Assembly (NCBI GenBank): GCA_050182275.1
Contig: JBFXCK010000002.1
Span: forward strand, 2,285 to 66,284
DNA length: 64,000 bases
Direction: 5' to 3'
From: Dongiaceae bacterium
GTDB lineage: Bacteria; Pseudomonadota; Alphaproteobacteria; SHNJ01
Shown here: in pieces, positions 29,604 to 37,486 of the stretch
How the letters are laid out: each line of letters starts with the position of its first letter
Numbering within the stretch: position 1 is the first letter of the stretch
The notes under the pieces: model-generated
What the model saw: the letters and a program-made list of their open reading frames with translations, nothing else
Database searches by the model: none
Told to the model about the DNA's origin: nothing
Program-made: the position numbers and the translations under genes

Positions 29604-30815
29604 TTACAAAAACTGTTTAAGCTTGTTCCATACGCTGGTGCTGCCTAGGTAAAAGGTAGCTTCTGCCGTCATGCCGTCCAATAACGGATAATTTTGATCG
29701 CGGGCGCGGATTTCTTTTTCAACGCTGCGGATAATGAAATGTTTGGCCGGTTTTTCACCAAAGCGGGGAACGGCGGCATCTAGTTCCCGCTCCACGGTGC
29801 CGGTAACAGTGGCGAAAGCGGCAGTCGGGCGCGGTTGCAGGCGCAAATGGGCGCGGGTGCCGGGGGTAATTTGAGTTAAAGCCGGGTCAACAAAGGCTTC
29901 AAAGAACACCGTATCGGGTTCAGGGGATAGGGTGGCCACCACCGTCCCGGCCGCCACTTCTTGATTCGGCGCAACGGAAAAACGCACAATTCCATCAGCA
30001 GGGGCGACAACAATTAAAGAGGCCTGTTCGATTTTAATATCGGCTAAACGGGTGGCGGCTTCTTTTAGGTTTTTGGCAATAACCCGGTTTTCAGCGGCCA
30101 AAGAAGCGGCGCGGTCGGCGCTTAAACGTTCGATCCCGCGCTCGGTTTCCTGGCGGCTTTTAATAAGAGCGGCTTGCTGCTGCACCCAGGATTGGCGTTC
30201 GGCGACCAGAGCGGCCTGGCGACGGCTTTGGGTAGCCGCCCATTCTTCCGGCGAGTCGGGATCGCCCGGAATATTTACGATCACCGAGGGGCGTTCCGGC
30301 TGGTCTTTCAAGCGTTTATCGACATTGGCAATGGAAGAGAGGATTTTATCCTCGGCTTCTTGCAGGGGCGCCAGACGGTCTTGCAATTCGCTGAGGCGGC
30401 GGGTGAATTCCTCTTGCCGCGCTTGATACAACTCATATTGTTCTTGCTTGAATTGTTCGGGCAAGTCGGTCGGCAATACCAATTCCTGGCCGGTCATTTC
30501 GGCTTCAAGGCGGGCTTGCTGAGCTTCGATCAGCAGGATTTGATCTTGCAGATCTTTGGCTTCCTGCTCCAAATCGGGACGCTGCAGACGCAATAAAGGA
30601 GCGCCTTCTTTTACAAGAGTTTCCATGCTCACCAGCGGCGCTATGAGGCCGGGCAAAGGAGCTTTAATTTCTTGCGGCGGCAGAGTTGCAATCACGCGCG
30701 CCGGCATGACTTTCACTTCCTCCACTTGCAGCCAAAAAACCCCCGAACCAATCATGGCCGCCAGCAAAAGCACGACAATAATGTTCAAAGGAAGGAAAGG
30801 GGAAAAACGGGGCAT
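29604..30815 (-). CDS. HlyD-family membrane fusion protein
   Basis: N-terminal TM segment (LNIIVVLLLAAMIGSGVFWL), a lipoyl-like hairpin (KAPLPGLIAPLVSMETLVKEGAPLLRL), a long coiled coil and a C-terminal beta-barrel. The start is set to the MPRFSPF ATG at 30815, 8 nt after the upstream stop. Confidence 0.75.
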   Translation of the reverse strand: MPRFSPFLPLNIIVVLLLAAMIGSGVFWLQVEEVKVMPARVIATLPPQEIKAPLPGLIAPLVSMETLVKEGAPLLRLQRPDLEQEAKDLQDQILLIEAQQARLEAEMTGQELVLPTDLPEQFKQEQYELYQARQEEFTRRLSELQDRLAPLQEAEDKILSSIANVDKRLKDQPERPSVIVNIPGDPDSPEEWAATQSRRQAALVAERQSWVQQQAALIKSRQETERGIERLSADRAASLAAENRVIAKNLKEAATRLADIKIEQASLIVVAPADGIVRFSVAPNQEVAAGTVVATLSPEPDTVFFEAFVDPALTQITPGTRAHLRLQPRPTAAFATVTGTVERELDAAVPRFGEKPAKHFIIRSVEKEIRARDQNYPLLDGMTAEATFYLGSTSVWNKLKQFL

Positions 30816-30823
30816 GGGCTTGC

Positions 30824-32785
30824 TCAATTGAAATGCCCGCGCACGGCGGCGGCAATATCGCCTGGCGCGCCCTGCTGTTCGATGCGCCCTTGGTGCAGCC
30901 AATAAGCATCCTCGCACAAGGCTAAAAGCGAAAGGCGGGAGGTTAAAATAATCAAGGTTGGTACTTTGCCGGATAATTTTTGCAAAAGCGCCTCTTCTTC
31001 GTCTTGCGGCAAGGCGGGCAGGCCTTCATCCAAAATCAAGACGCTGGGTTTTTGGCACAGGGCGCGGGCAAGGCGCAAAAGCTGCCATAGACGGCTGTTT
31101 AAATGCAATCCGCCGGGCCCAAGCTTGGTATAAATTTCCTGTGGCAATCTTTTTACCCAGCTTTCTAAATTAGCCAGGCGCAAAGCCGCCATGACTTCAG
31201 CATGGCTGTGAATGGAAGCAGGGCTTAAATAATCGAATATAGCGCCGTTGAAATTTTCCTCTTCCCCTGCCGTAAGAAGCTGAATTTGCCGGCGCCACTG
31301 AGGGGCCAATTCTAGGAAGGAATAGCCATCCAGGCGCAACTGGCCGGTGCTGGGTTCATAAAAACCCGCCAAAACTTTCGCTAAGCAAGTCTTGCCAGAA
31401 CCGGCTTGGCCATAAATACCGGCGACGCCCGGCTTAAAGCTTAAATTAATCCGCTGTAAAATTTGCGCTTCGGCGTGAAAGGCGAAGCTGGCATTATCCA
31501 GCGTTAGAAAGCCCTGTACATTTTCCGCGGGCTGAATATTGGCCTGGGGTTTTTTGTATTGAAACAAATGGGCGCTTACTTGGCGAAGCTTGATTTCTTC
31601 CCACCAAACGCGGCGCAGCTTAGTGGTCCCGGCAAAGGGGGAAAGAATAATGTAAAACAACAATCCTGATCCCAGCATTTGGCCCAAGCTCAAGCTTTCC
31701 GCCATAAACATCCGCCCCGCCAGCAACACGCCAATCGCCACCGCCATTACCACCGTAAAGCTTTGCAAAAACACGCTAAGACGAATGGCAAGCGGGGTTG
31801 TATTGGCGGTTTCATTTAAAGGCTGGTTGTCATCAAAAGCCTGGCGGCGCCATAAGCGCTGCAATAGTGTTTTGCTATCAAAGCCGCTGGCGCCGGGATT
31901 TTCCCGCAAATAATTTTCTACCATCCAGGTAGGCAGCAAGATTAAAGGCAATGCCGCCACCGCCACCACCGCCAGCGGCAGGGAAAGGGAGGCCAGGATC
32001 ACCAAGCCTAAAGCGCTTATTAGTATGTCCGCCGCTAAAATACTAAGAAGGGGGCGGTTTAAAATGGCGGCTTTTTTCATTTGCGCGGCCACAAAATCGC
32101 TAAAGCCGTTTTCTAACTTTGGCCAGGGAATATAGTGCAAACCTTCGCTTAAAAGCTGTTGATACGCATTTCGCGCTTGGCGCTTGGACCAATTAGCAGT
32201 GGCAAGACGCAATGACGATAATAAAATATAGAATACTCCGCCCATTAAAGTCGCAATGCCCAAGCTCATCCAAGTTTGCCCGGCGCGCAAAGCAAGCACG
32301 TGATCGGTCAATACAATGGCGCCGCCTGCCAGGCTTAAACGCAAGCCGCCCAATAATAAGGACAAGCCGAACATTTCAGCGGCGCCTGCTTCCGGCAGGG
32401 CGGGGGTTTTATCGGGAGCCAGACGGGTATTAGCTGCCGTGATGGGGCGCAACGCTAAAATAAGATCGGTTGGCGCCAGCGAGGTTTCTTGGCCCGGTAA
32501 AATCAATTCGGCTTGGCCATTGCGCCAGGCGATAAAAGGGGTATTAGCGAAATCGGGCACCCATTCGGCTACCGGCTTAACAATCGTGGCATAGCCCCAG
32601 GCCTTGGCCATTTGGGTTAAATCGTCATTGGCGGTATGGGGCAGGCGCACCGGCTCCTTGCGGCCATAATAGCGGTCAAGGGCGGCCAGGCATTCGGCGA
32701 AACTGCCGGCATCGAGCGTGGGCGGCAGATTCTGATTTTCCGCCGCTGCCGCTTCTTGCACCATTAAAGTAAAAGATTGGGTCAT
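30824..32785 (-). CDS. ABC half-transporter (type I secretion-like) with an N-terminal C39-like domain and a degenerate NBD
   Basis: 653 aa. The N-terminal ~150 aa resemble a peptidase C39-like domain, followed by a TMD and an NBD. Walker A is GQAGSGKT and Walker B is VLILDE. The signature reads LNSRL and the H-loop reads TSRLS. Confidence 0.75.
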   Translation of the reverse strand: MTQSFTLMVQEAAAAENQNLPPTLDAGSFAECLAALDRYYGRKEPVRLPHTANDDLTQMAKAWGYATIVKPVAEWVPDFANTPFIAWRNGQAELILPGQETSLAPTDLILALRPITAANTRLAPDKTPALPEAGAAEMFGLSLLLGGLRLSLAGGAIVLTDHVLALRAGQTWMSLGIATLMGGVFYILLSSLRLATANWSKRQARNAYQQLLSEGLHYIPWPKLENGFSDFVAAQMKKAAILNRPLLSILAADILISALGLVILASLSLPLAVVAVAALPLILLPTWMVENYLRENPGASGFDSKTLLQRLWRRQAFDDNQPLNETANTTPLAIRLSVFLQSFTVVMAVAIGVLLAGRMFMAESLSLGQMLGSGLLFYIILSPFAGTTKLRRVWWEEIKLRQVSAHLFQYKKPQANIQPAENVQGFLTLDNASFAFHAEAQILQRINLSFKPGVAGIYGQAGSGKTCLAKVLAGFYEPSTGQLRLDGYSFLELAPQWRRQIQLLTAGEEENFNGAIFDYLSPASIHSHAEVMAALRLANLESWVKRLPQEIYTKLGPGGLHLNSRLWQLLRLARALCQKPSVLILDEGLPALPQDEEEALLQKLSGKVPTLIILTSRLSLLALCEDAYWLHQGRIEQQGAPGDIAAAVRGHFN

Positions 32786-33873
32786 CCGTATTTATTGCCT
32801 GCAGCTGCCAGCTTGCGGGCATATTTGGCCTTGGCTTTATTGAGAATATCCAATAATTCCACGCCGCTTTCCCCGCCAAGCCCTTTAATGTCTTCCCGGA
32901 TCACCGCTTGAATCCCGTCAATATGGGCGCGGATAAGTTCAAGAAGTTTTTCATCCAATTCCAGATGTTTGCTTTCGGTGTAATCGCATAAGGATTTGCC
33001 GAAAGTGGTGATTAAATTATAGCCGAACGTATCGCCCTGGCCGCGCAGTTCGTGCGCGATATTATAGATGGTTTGGTAGTATTTCCAAGGATTTTTAGGC
33101 TGTTTGGCCAGTTCGGTATATTGCCCCATAAGCTTTTCGACATTGCCTTGCACCCAAGTGGTGTAATCGTCTTTGCGCGAGCGCAATTGTTTTTCGGCGG
33201 CGCGAAGGAGCTTGGGATCGATTTTGCCCTCTTCTTCCACGCTTTTTGGCGCCAATTTCACCTTTAGTTTGTTGGGCAGATGGAAATACCAAATCTTGGC
33301 CTTGGTATTAAGCGTATCGGGATTTTTTTGAACAGTGATAATTTCACAATCTTCTTCTGAAACCAGGCGGCGCTCCTCGCCGGGATGGGGCAAAGCTTGC
33401 TTGCGCCGGTCGGGGCCGAAATAGGTGCCGCTATGCAGGAAATGATTGGGCGCCTCGATCAAGGCTTCTAGGCGTTGAGTGACGGTGGAAATGGAATAGG
33501 GTTTGGTCAAAAAGTCATTGATACCCAAATCACGGGCTTCTTCAACGGTATGGCGGCTGACATCGCCGCTGACCGCGATAAAGGGTATATAGCGGTCGGG
33601 CGATTCTTCGGATCTGCGTAACCAACGCAATAACATCGCACCGCTAACGGGGAGCATCAGCCAGTCGGCCATAATTAAATCAATTCCGCAATCGCCGGGG
33701 GAAGGGGCGGTAATCGCCGCGGTTTTCAGCTGCTGAATCGCTTCGCTGCCGTCATGAGCAATCAAAAGCTTGCCCACCTTTAAGGCGCGTAAAACAGACA
33801 CTAGCGTGTTGCGTGAAAACTCATCATCATCGACGACTAGCACGGAAAGTTTTTCTAGATTATAATTTGCCAT
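32782..33873 (-). CDS. Response regulator: receiver domain, Arg-rich linker and C-terminal HPt-like domain
   Basis: Canonical REC motifs (VLVVDDDE, LIMADWLM, AVSG, TKP). The C-terminal IAHELRGQGDTFGY matches the HPt H-x-x-[KR]-G motif. Its stop overlaps the ABC gene start by 4 nt. Confidence 0.75.
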   Translation of the reverse strand: MANYNLEKLSVLVVDDDEFSRNTLVSVLRALKVGKLLIAHDGSEAIQQLKTAAITAPSPGDCGIDLIMADWLMLPVSGAMLLRWLRRSEESPDRYIPFIAVSGDVSRHTVEEARDLGINDFLTKPYSISTVTQRLEALIEAPNHFLHSGTYFGPDRRKQALPHPGEERRLVSEEDCEIITVQKNPDTLNTKAKIWYFHLPNKLKVKLAPKSVEEEGKIDPKLLRAAEKQLRSRKDDYTTWVQGNVEKLMGQYTELAKQPKNPWKYYQTIYNIAHELRGQGDTFGYNLITTFGKSLCDYTESKHLELDEKLLELIRAHIDGIQAVIREDIKGLGGESGVELLDILNKAKAKYARKLAAAGNKYG

Positions 33874-33950
33874 TGTTTACAAAGCGGTTGGAAAATTCAC
33901 ATCCGGAGGATTTTAACCACTTTGCCTTATAAGATAAAGGGTTAACCCGC

Positions 33951-34265
33951 ATGAGTGTTCATTTCGTTTATTTAACCGCCAAAGACCGCAAATCCGCGCT
34001 AAAATTGGCCCGTCAATTGGTTAAGGAAAAATATTTGGCTTGCGCTAATATTATAGATGGGGCCACCTCGGTCTATCATTGGCAGGGGAAGGTCGAAGAA
34101 AGCGCCGAATGCCTTATTATCGGCAAAACCACCAAGCCTAAGCTGGCCGGTCTTATCCGCCGCGCCAAGGCGCTGCATTCATACGATTGTCCTTGCGTGG
34201 TGGCGATCCCCATCGCTGCCGGCAATAAGGATTATCTGAAATGGGTTGAAAAAAGCCTCGTCTAG
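33951..34265 (+). CDS. cutA: Divalent-cation tolerance protein CutA
   Basis: 104 aa with the CutA1 pattern (LACANI...SVY.WQGKVE...E..LI.KT......L......HSYD.P). Confidence 0.85.
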   Translation: MSVHFVYLTAKDRKSALKLARQLVKEKYLACANIIDGATSVYHWQGKVEESAECLIIGKTTKPKLAGLIRRAKALHSYDCPCVVAIPIAAGNKDYLKWVEKSLV

Positions 34266-34709
34266 CTTTTGTCCTTAGGGTTTTTTAGGACGGTTGGAAA
34301 GTCCGAAGAAACGGGGGTTTTACCAGGAGAATCCGGTGAAAATGCCGAAAAAGCCCGTAAAAACGGGGCATGAATTAATAGACGTTCCATCCAGGCCGGG
34401 GCTTCGGGCGCAGAGCCTTTAGCCGGCGGCGGGGAGGATAAGAATGGGGGAATTGAGCGTTGCCCCATGATAATCGCCTCCTTGTAACGAGTGAGAGATA
34501 GTACTTGAAGAATAGCAGACACAAAGGTTCCAGGGGGAGAGAAGGGAAGCCGCTCCGAACCCGGATAGAATATTTATTTACCATACTGAAGGATTAGTTT
34601 TGCCCGAATTTTTTCCTTTTCCAACTGTTTATTGGTATAGGGGAGCCGTATGTAGGATTAAGGTCAAAAACCGGAATATTAACCTTTTCCTCCGCTTTTT
34701 CGAAACCCC

Positions 34710-34737
34710 TTGACATTTATGGCTTAACCGTTAAAAA
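34710..34737 (+). promoter_or_regulatory. Candidate sigma-70 promoter of rplM-rpsI
   Basis: TTGACA, a 16-nt spacer, then TAAAAA. The -10 element is weak. Confidence 0.3.
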
Positions 34738-34807
34738 GCAAAGGCTTATGGCCATGCCTTGGGCAGGGGCTAAAAGTGTTATTTTGTTTTTATTTGGCAG
34801 GTTTAAG

Positions 34808-35389
34808 ATGGCAACAACGAAAAAAACGGCAACGAAGAAAACCACTGGAGCGAAGAAAGCAGCGCCGGCGAAAACCGCCGTTTCCGGGGCTATTGAAAGC
34901 CGCGGCACGCGCCGCAAGCAACCGCAAACCATCTCCGCCCGCGCGCAAGACATCAAGCGTCAATGGCATTTGGTTGATGCCGATGGCGTGGTGGTGGGCC
35001 GCATGGCTTCGCGCATTGCTAATATTTTGCGCGGCAAGAATAAAACGAATTTCACCCCGCACACTGATTGCGGCGATTTCGTTATTGTTATTAACGCCGC
35101 CAAGGCCGTGCTGACCGGCAATAAAATGGAAGGCAAGCTGTATCGTTGGCACACCGGCTATCCCGGCGGCTTGAAACAGCGTACGCCAAAAGATGTGATG
35201 GCTGGCAAATTCCCGGAACGCATCATCAAGGACGCCGTAAAAAATATGGTCCCGCGCGGACCGCTCGGCCGTCATGTGCTAACGAAGTTGTTTGTTTATG
35301 CTGACGCCGCGCATCCACATGAGGCGCAGCAACCCAAGCCTTTGGATATTGCCGGCATGAACCCCAAAAATAAACGCCAAGCGGCTTAA
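34808..35389 (+). CDS. rplM: 50S ribosomal protein L13 with an N-terminal Lys/Ala/Thr-rich extension
   Basis: L13 core ([43 protein letters not shown]). The start is taken as ATG 34808 ([11 protein letters not shown]...). The ATG at 34748 would add 20 implausible residues. Confidence 0.85.
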   Translation: MATTKKTATKKTTGAKKAAPAKTAVSGAIESRGTRRKQPQTISARAQDIKRQWHLVDADGVVVGRMASRIANILRGKNKTNFTPHTDCGDFVIVINAAKAVLTGNKMEGKLYRWHTGYPGGLKQRTPKDVMAGKFPERIIKDAVKNMVPRGPLGRHVLTKLFVYADAAHPHEAQQPKPLDIAGMNPKNKRQAA

Positions 35390-35400
35390 GGAGAATAAGA

Positions 35401-35856
35401 ATGGAATTACCTTCCCTCGCTACCACCTCTGTTGCGGCCCCGCCTAAGCGCGAGCGCAAAGTCGATGAAAAAGGCCGCGCCCGCACGCATGGCAAACGCA
35501 AAAACGCCATCGCCCGCGTTATTTTAAAGCCGGGTTCGGGCAAAATCACCGTCAATGGCCGCACGCTGGAGCAATATTTTGGCCGCCCCGCTTTGCGCAT
35601 GATTATCAACCAGCCCTTTGGCATCACCAACCGCGCCGGTCAATTCGATGTGATTTGCAATGTGAATGGCGGCGGATTATCCGGCCAAGCAGGCGCTGTG
35701 CGTCACGCAATTTCCAAGGCTTTGAACGATTATGAACCCGATTTGCGCCCGGCTTTAAAGGTCGCCGGCTTGCTCACCCGCGATCCGCGCGTGGTTGAGC
35801 GCAAAAAATACGGCCGCTATAAAGCGCGCCGCCGCTTCCAATTCTCGAAGCGCTAG
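35401..35856 (+). CDS. rpsI: 30S ribosomal protein S9
   Basis: 151 aa with [19 protein letters not shown] and the C-terminal [17 protein letters not shown]. Confidence 0.93.
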   Translation: MELPSLATTSVAAPPKRERKVDEKGRARTHGKRKNAIARVILKPGSGKITVNGRTLEQYFGRPALRMIINQPFGITNRAGQFDVICNVNGGGLSGQAGAVRHAISKALNDYEPDLRPALKVAGLLTRDPRVVERKKYGRYKARRRFQFSKR

Positions 35857-35915
35857 TTTTTATTCCGGTTTTCTACTACAGTGGGCGGGCTTAAAACCCC
35901 GCCCATTTTGTTTTC

Positions 35916-36440
35916 ATGAAAAATTCCATTCTTCCTTACAAAAAAATCCTTCCCAAGCTTGGCAAAGATGTTTTTATCGCGCCCACTGCCGCCGTGATTG
36001 GCGATGTGCATTTGGGCGATCAAGTAAGCGTATGGTTTAGCGCCGTGGTGCGGGGCGATGTCAATTACATCCGCATTGGCGCTGGCACCAATATTCAAGA
36101 TGGCGTCATCATTCATACCGCCTCAAAAGAAAATGGCGATATTCCCACATTCGTGGGCGAAGATTGCACCATAGGCCATGCCGCGATTTTGCATGCCTGC
36201 ACCATCGGCAGCCGTGTTTTAATCGGCATGCAAGCCTGCATTTTGGATGGCGCGACCATCGAAGATGAGGCGATGATCGCGGCAGGGGCGCTTGTAACGC
36301 CTGGCAAGCGCATTCCCAAGCATCAATTATGGGGCGGTTCGCCCGCGCGCTTCATGCGGAATTTAACGGGTGATGAAATCAAACATCTGAAATGGTCGGC
36401 GGAACATTATGTAAGGCTGGCGGCGGATTATTTGGCCTAA
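35916..36440 (+). CDS. Gamma-class carbonic anhydrase-like / hexapeptide-repeat protein (YrdA/PaaY family)
   Basis: 174 aa with left-handed beta-helix hexapeptide repeats and a His context (VWFSAVVRGDVNYIRIG..TNIQDG.IIH). Confidence 0.8.
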   Translation: MKNSILPYKKILPKLGKDVFIAPTAAVIGDVHLGDQVSVWFSAVVRGDVNYIRIGAGTNIQDGVIIHTASKENGDIPTFVGEDCTIGHAAILHACTIGSRVLIGMQACILDGATIEDEAMIAAGALVTPGKRIPKHQLWGGSPARFMRNLTGDEIKHLKWSAEHYVRLAADYLA

Positions 36441-36445
36441 AAACA

Positions 36446-36472
36446 AATCCCCCGCCCAACGGGCAGGGGATT
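36446..36472. terminator. Hairpin between convergent genes (possible bidirectional terminator)
   Basis: aatcccccgccc-aac-gggcaggggatt stem-loop between the gamma-CA-like gene and ctrA. It is flanked by an A-rich run on one side and only ttg on the other. Confidence 0.5.
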
Positions 36473-36492
36473 GCTCTGTAACCTCAACTTCT

Positions 36493-37233
36493 TTAAGCGT
36501 TTGCGGCTTGGGGCGGGGTGCTTTCAGCGGTGGGCGGTTTAATGCCAGCAGCTTGCGCTTCCGGATCGCGCAAGACATAGCCGCGGCCCCAAACGGTTTC
36601 AATGTAATTGATACCGCCGGCGGCGACTTCCAGCTTTTTGCGCAATTTGCACACGAATACGTCGATAATTTTTTGCTCGGGTTCATCCATACCGCCATAA
36701 AGATGGTTTAGGAACTGTTCCTTGGTCAGGGTTGAGCCTTTACGCAAAGATAGCAATTCGAGAATGGAATATTCTTTGCCGGTTAAATGAACGGGCTTGC
36801 TTTCCACTTCGACGGTGCGGGAATCAAGATTCACCACCAGCTTGCCGGTGCGGATAATCGATTCGGCATGGCCTTTGGAGCGGCGGACAATAGTTTGCAC
36901 GCGGGCAACCAATTCGCGTTTGTCGAAAGGCTTGGTCAAATAATCATCGGCGCCAAAGCCAAAGCCTTTCAGCTTGTTATCCAGCTCAGCCAAGCCGGAA
37001 AGGATTAAAATCGGGGTGCGTACCTTGGCGGCGCGCAGGCGGCGTAAAACTTCATACCCGTCGATATCGGGCAACATCAAATCCAAGATGATGATGTCGT
37101 AATCGTATAATTTGCCGATTTCGAGTCCATCTTCACCTAAATCCGTGGTATCAACAATATAACCGGCCGACTTCAGCATCACTTCGATGCTTTTGGCGAC
37201 TGAGGAATCATCTTCGACGAGTAGAACACGCAT
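36493..37233 (-). CDS. ctrA: Cell-cycle response regulator CtrA (OmpR family)
   Basis: MRVLLVEDD..., [22 protein letters not shown], and the winged-helix segment [53 protein letters not shown] closely match CtrA as I remember it. Confidence 0.9.
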   Translation of the reverse strand: MRVLLVEDDSSVAKSIEVMLKSAGYIVDTTDLGEDGLEIGKLYDYDIIILDLMLPDIDGYEVLRRLRAAKVRTPILILSGLAELDNKLKGFGFGADDYLTKPFDKRELVARVQTIVRRSKGHAESIIRTGKLVVNLDSRTVEVESKPVHLTGKEYSILELLSLRKGSTLTKEQFLNHLYGGMDEPEQKIIDVFVCKLRKKLEVAAGGINYIETVWGRGYVLRDPEAQAAGIKPPTAESTPPQAANA

Positions 37234-37290
37234 GACAGGCTCCTTTGAGAAATTTCGTGGCAGACGGCCTTAGGGAAGGTTACGCTTGTC

Positions 37291-37378
37291 TTAACAATAT
37301 CTCTATAATCCTTTAATATTGGTTAACATCTCTTAACATTAACTATTATTACCTGGCTAAAGTTTACTGATGGTTAAC
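37291..37378. promoter_or_regulatory. Cluster of TTAAC / TTAACCAT-type candidate CtrA sites in the ctrA-fliI divergent region
   Basis: TTAAC occurs at 37291, 37323, 37333, 37339 and 37374. TTAA at 37313, 37323 and 37333 is phased at exactly 10 bp. TTAACCAT is on the minus strand at 37370..37377. Confidence 0.4.
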
Positions 37379-37486
37379 GCGGCTTTGGCATTCTAAGTAT
37401 GGGGAAAATACATCATTTCTTGCTAGATCAATGGGTTATTCCGGGGGATTCAAGCCATTACTACCAATCATAATATCCTTTCTCAG

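Noticed and set aside
34290-34565. A possible RNase P RNA: GGAAAGTCCG at about 34297-34306 resembles the universal P4 strand GGAAAGUCC, and GAACCCGGAUAG at about 34553 vaguely resembles ACAGAACCCGGCUUA.
   Set aside because: The downstream strand is GGAUAG, not GGCUUA, so P4 would pair without the universally conserved bulged U. The GGGUGAAAGGGUG and GUAAGAGCGCACC-type conserved regions are missing. The 5' part would have to overlap cutA, and the spacing is short. A covariance-model scan would settle it, but I do not expect a hit.
34262-34584. Two overlapping minus-strand ORFs (86 and 69 aa) in the cutA-rplM gap.
   Set aside because: They have no SD, are Pro/Ser/Arg-rich with a non-protein-like composition, and overlap each other in different frames.
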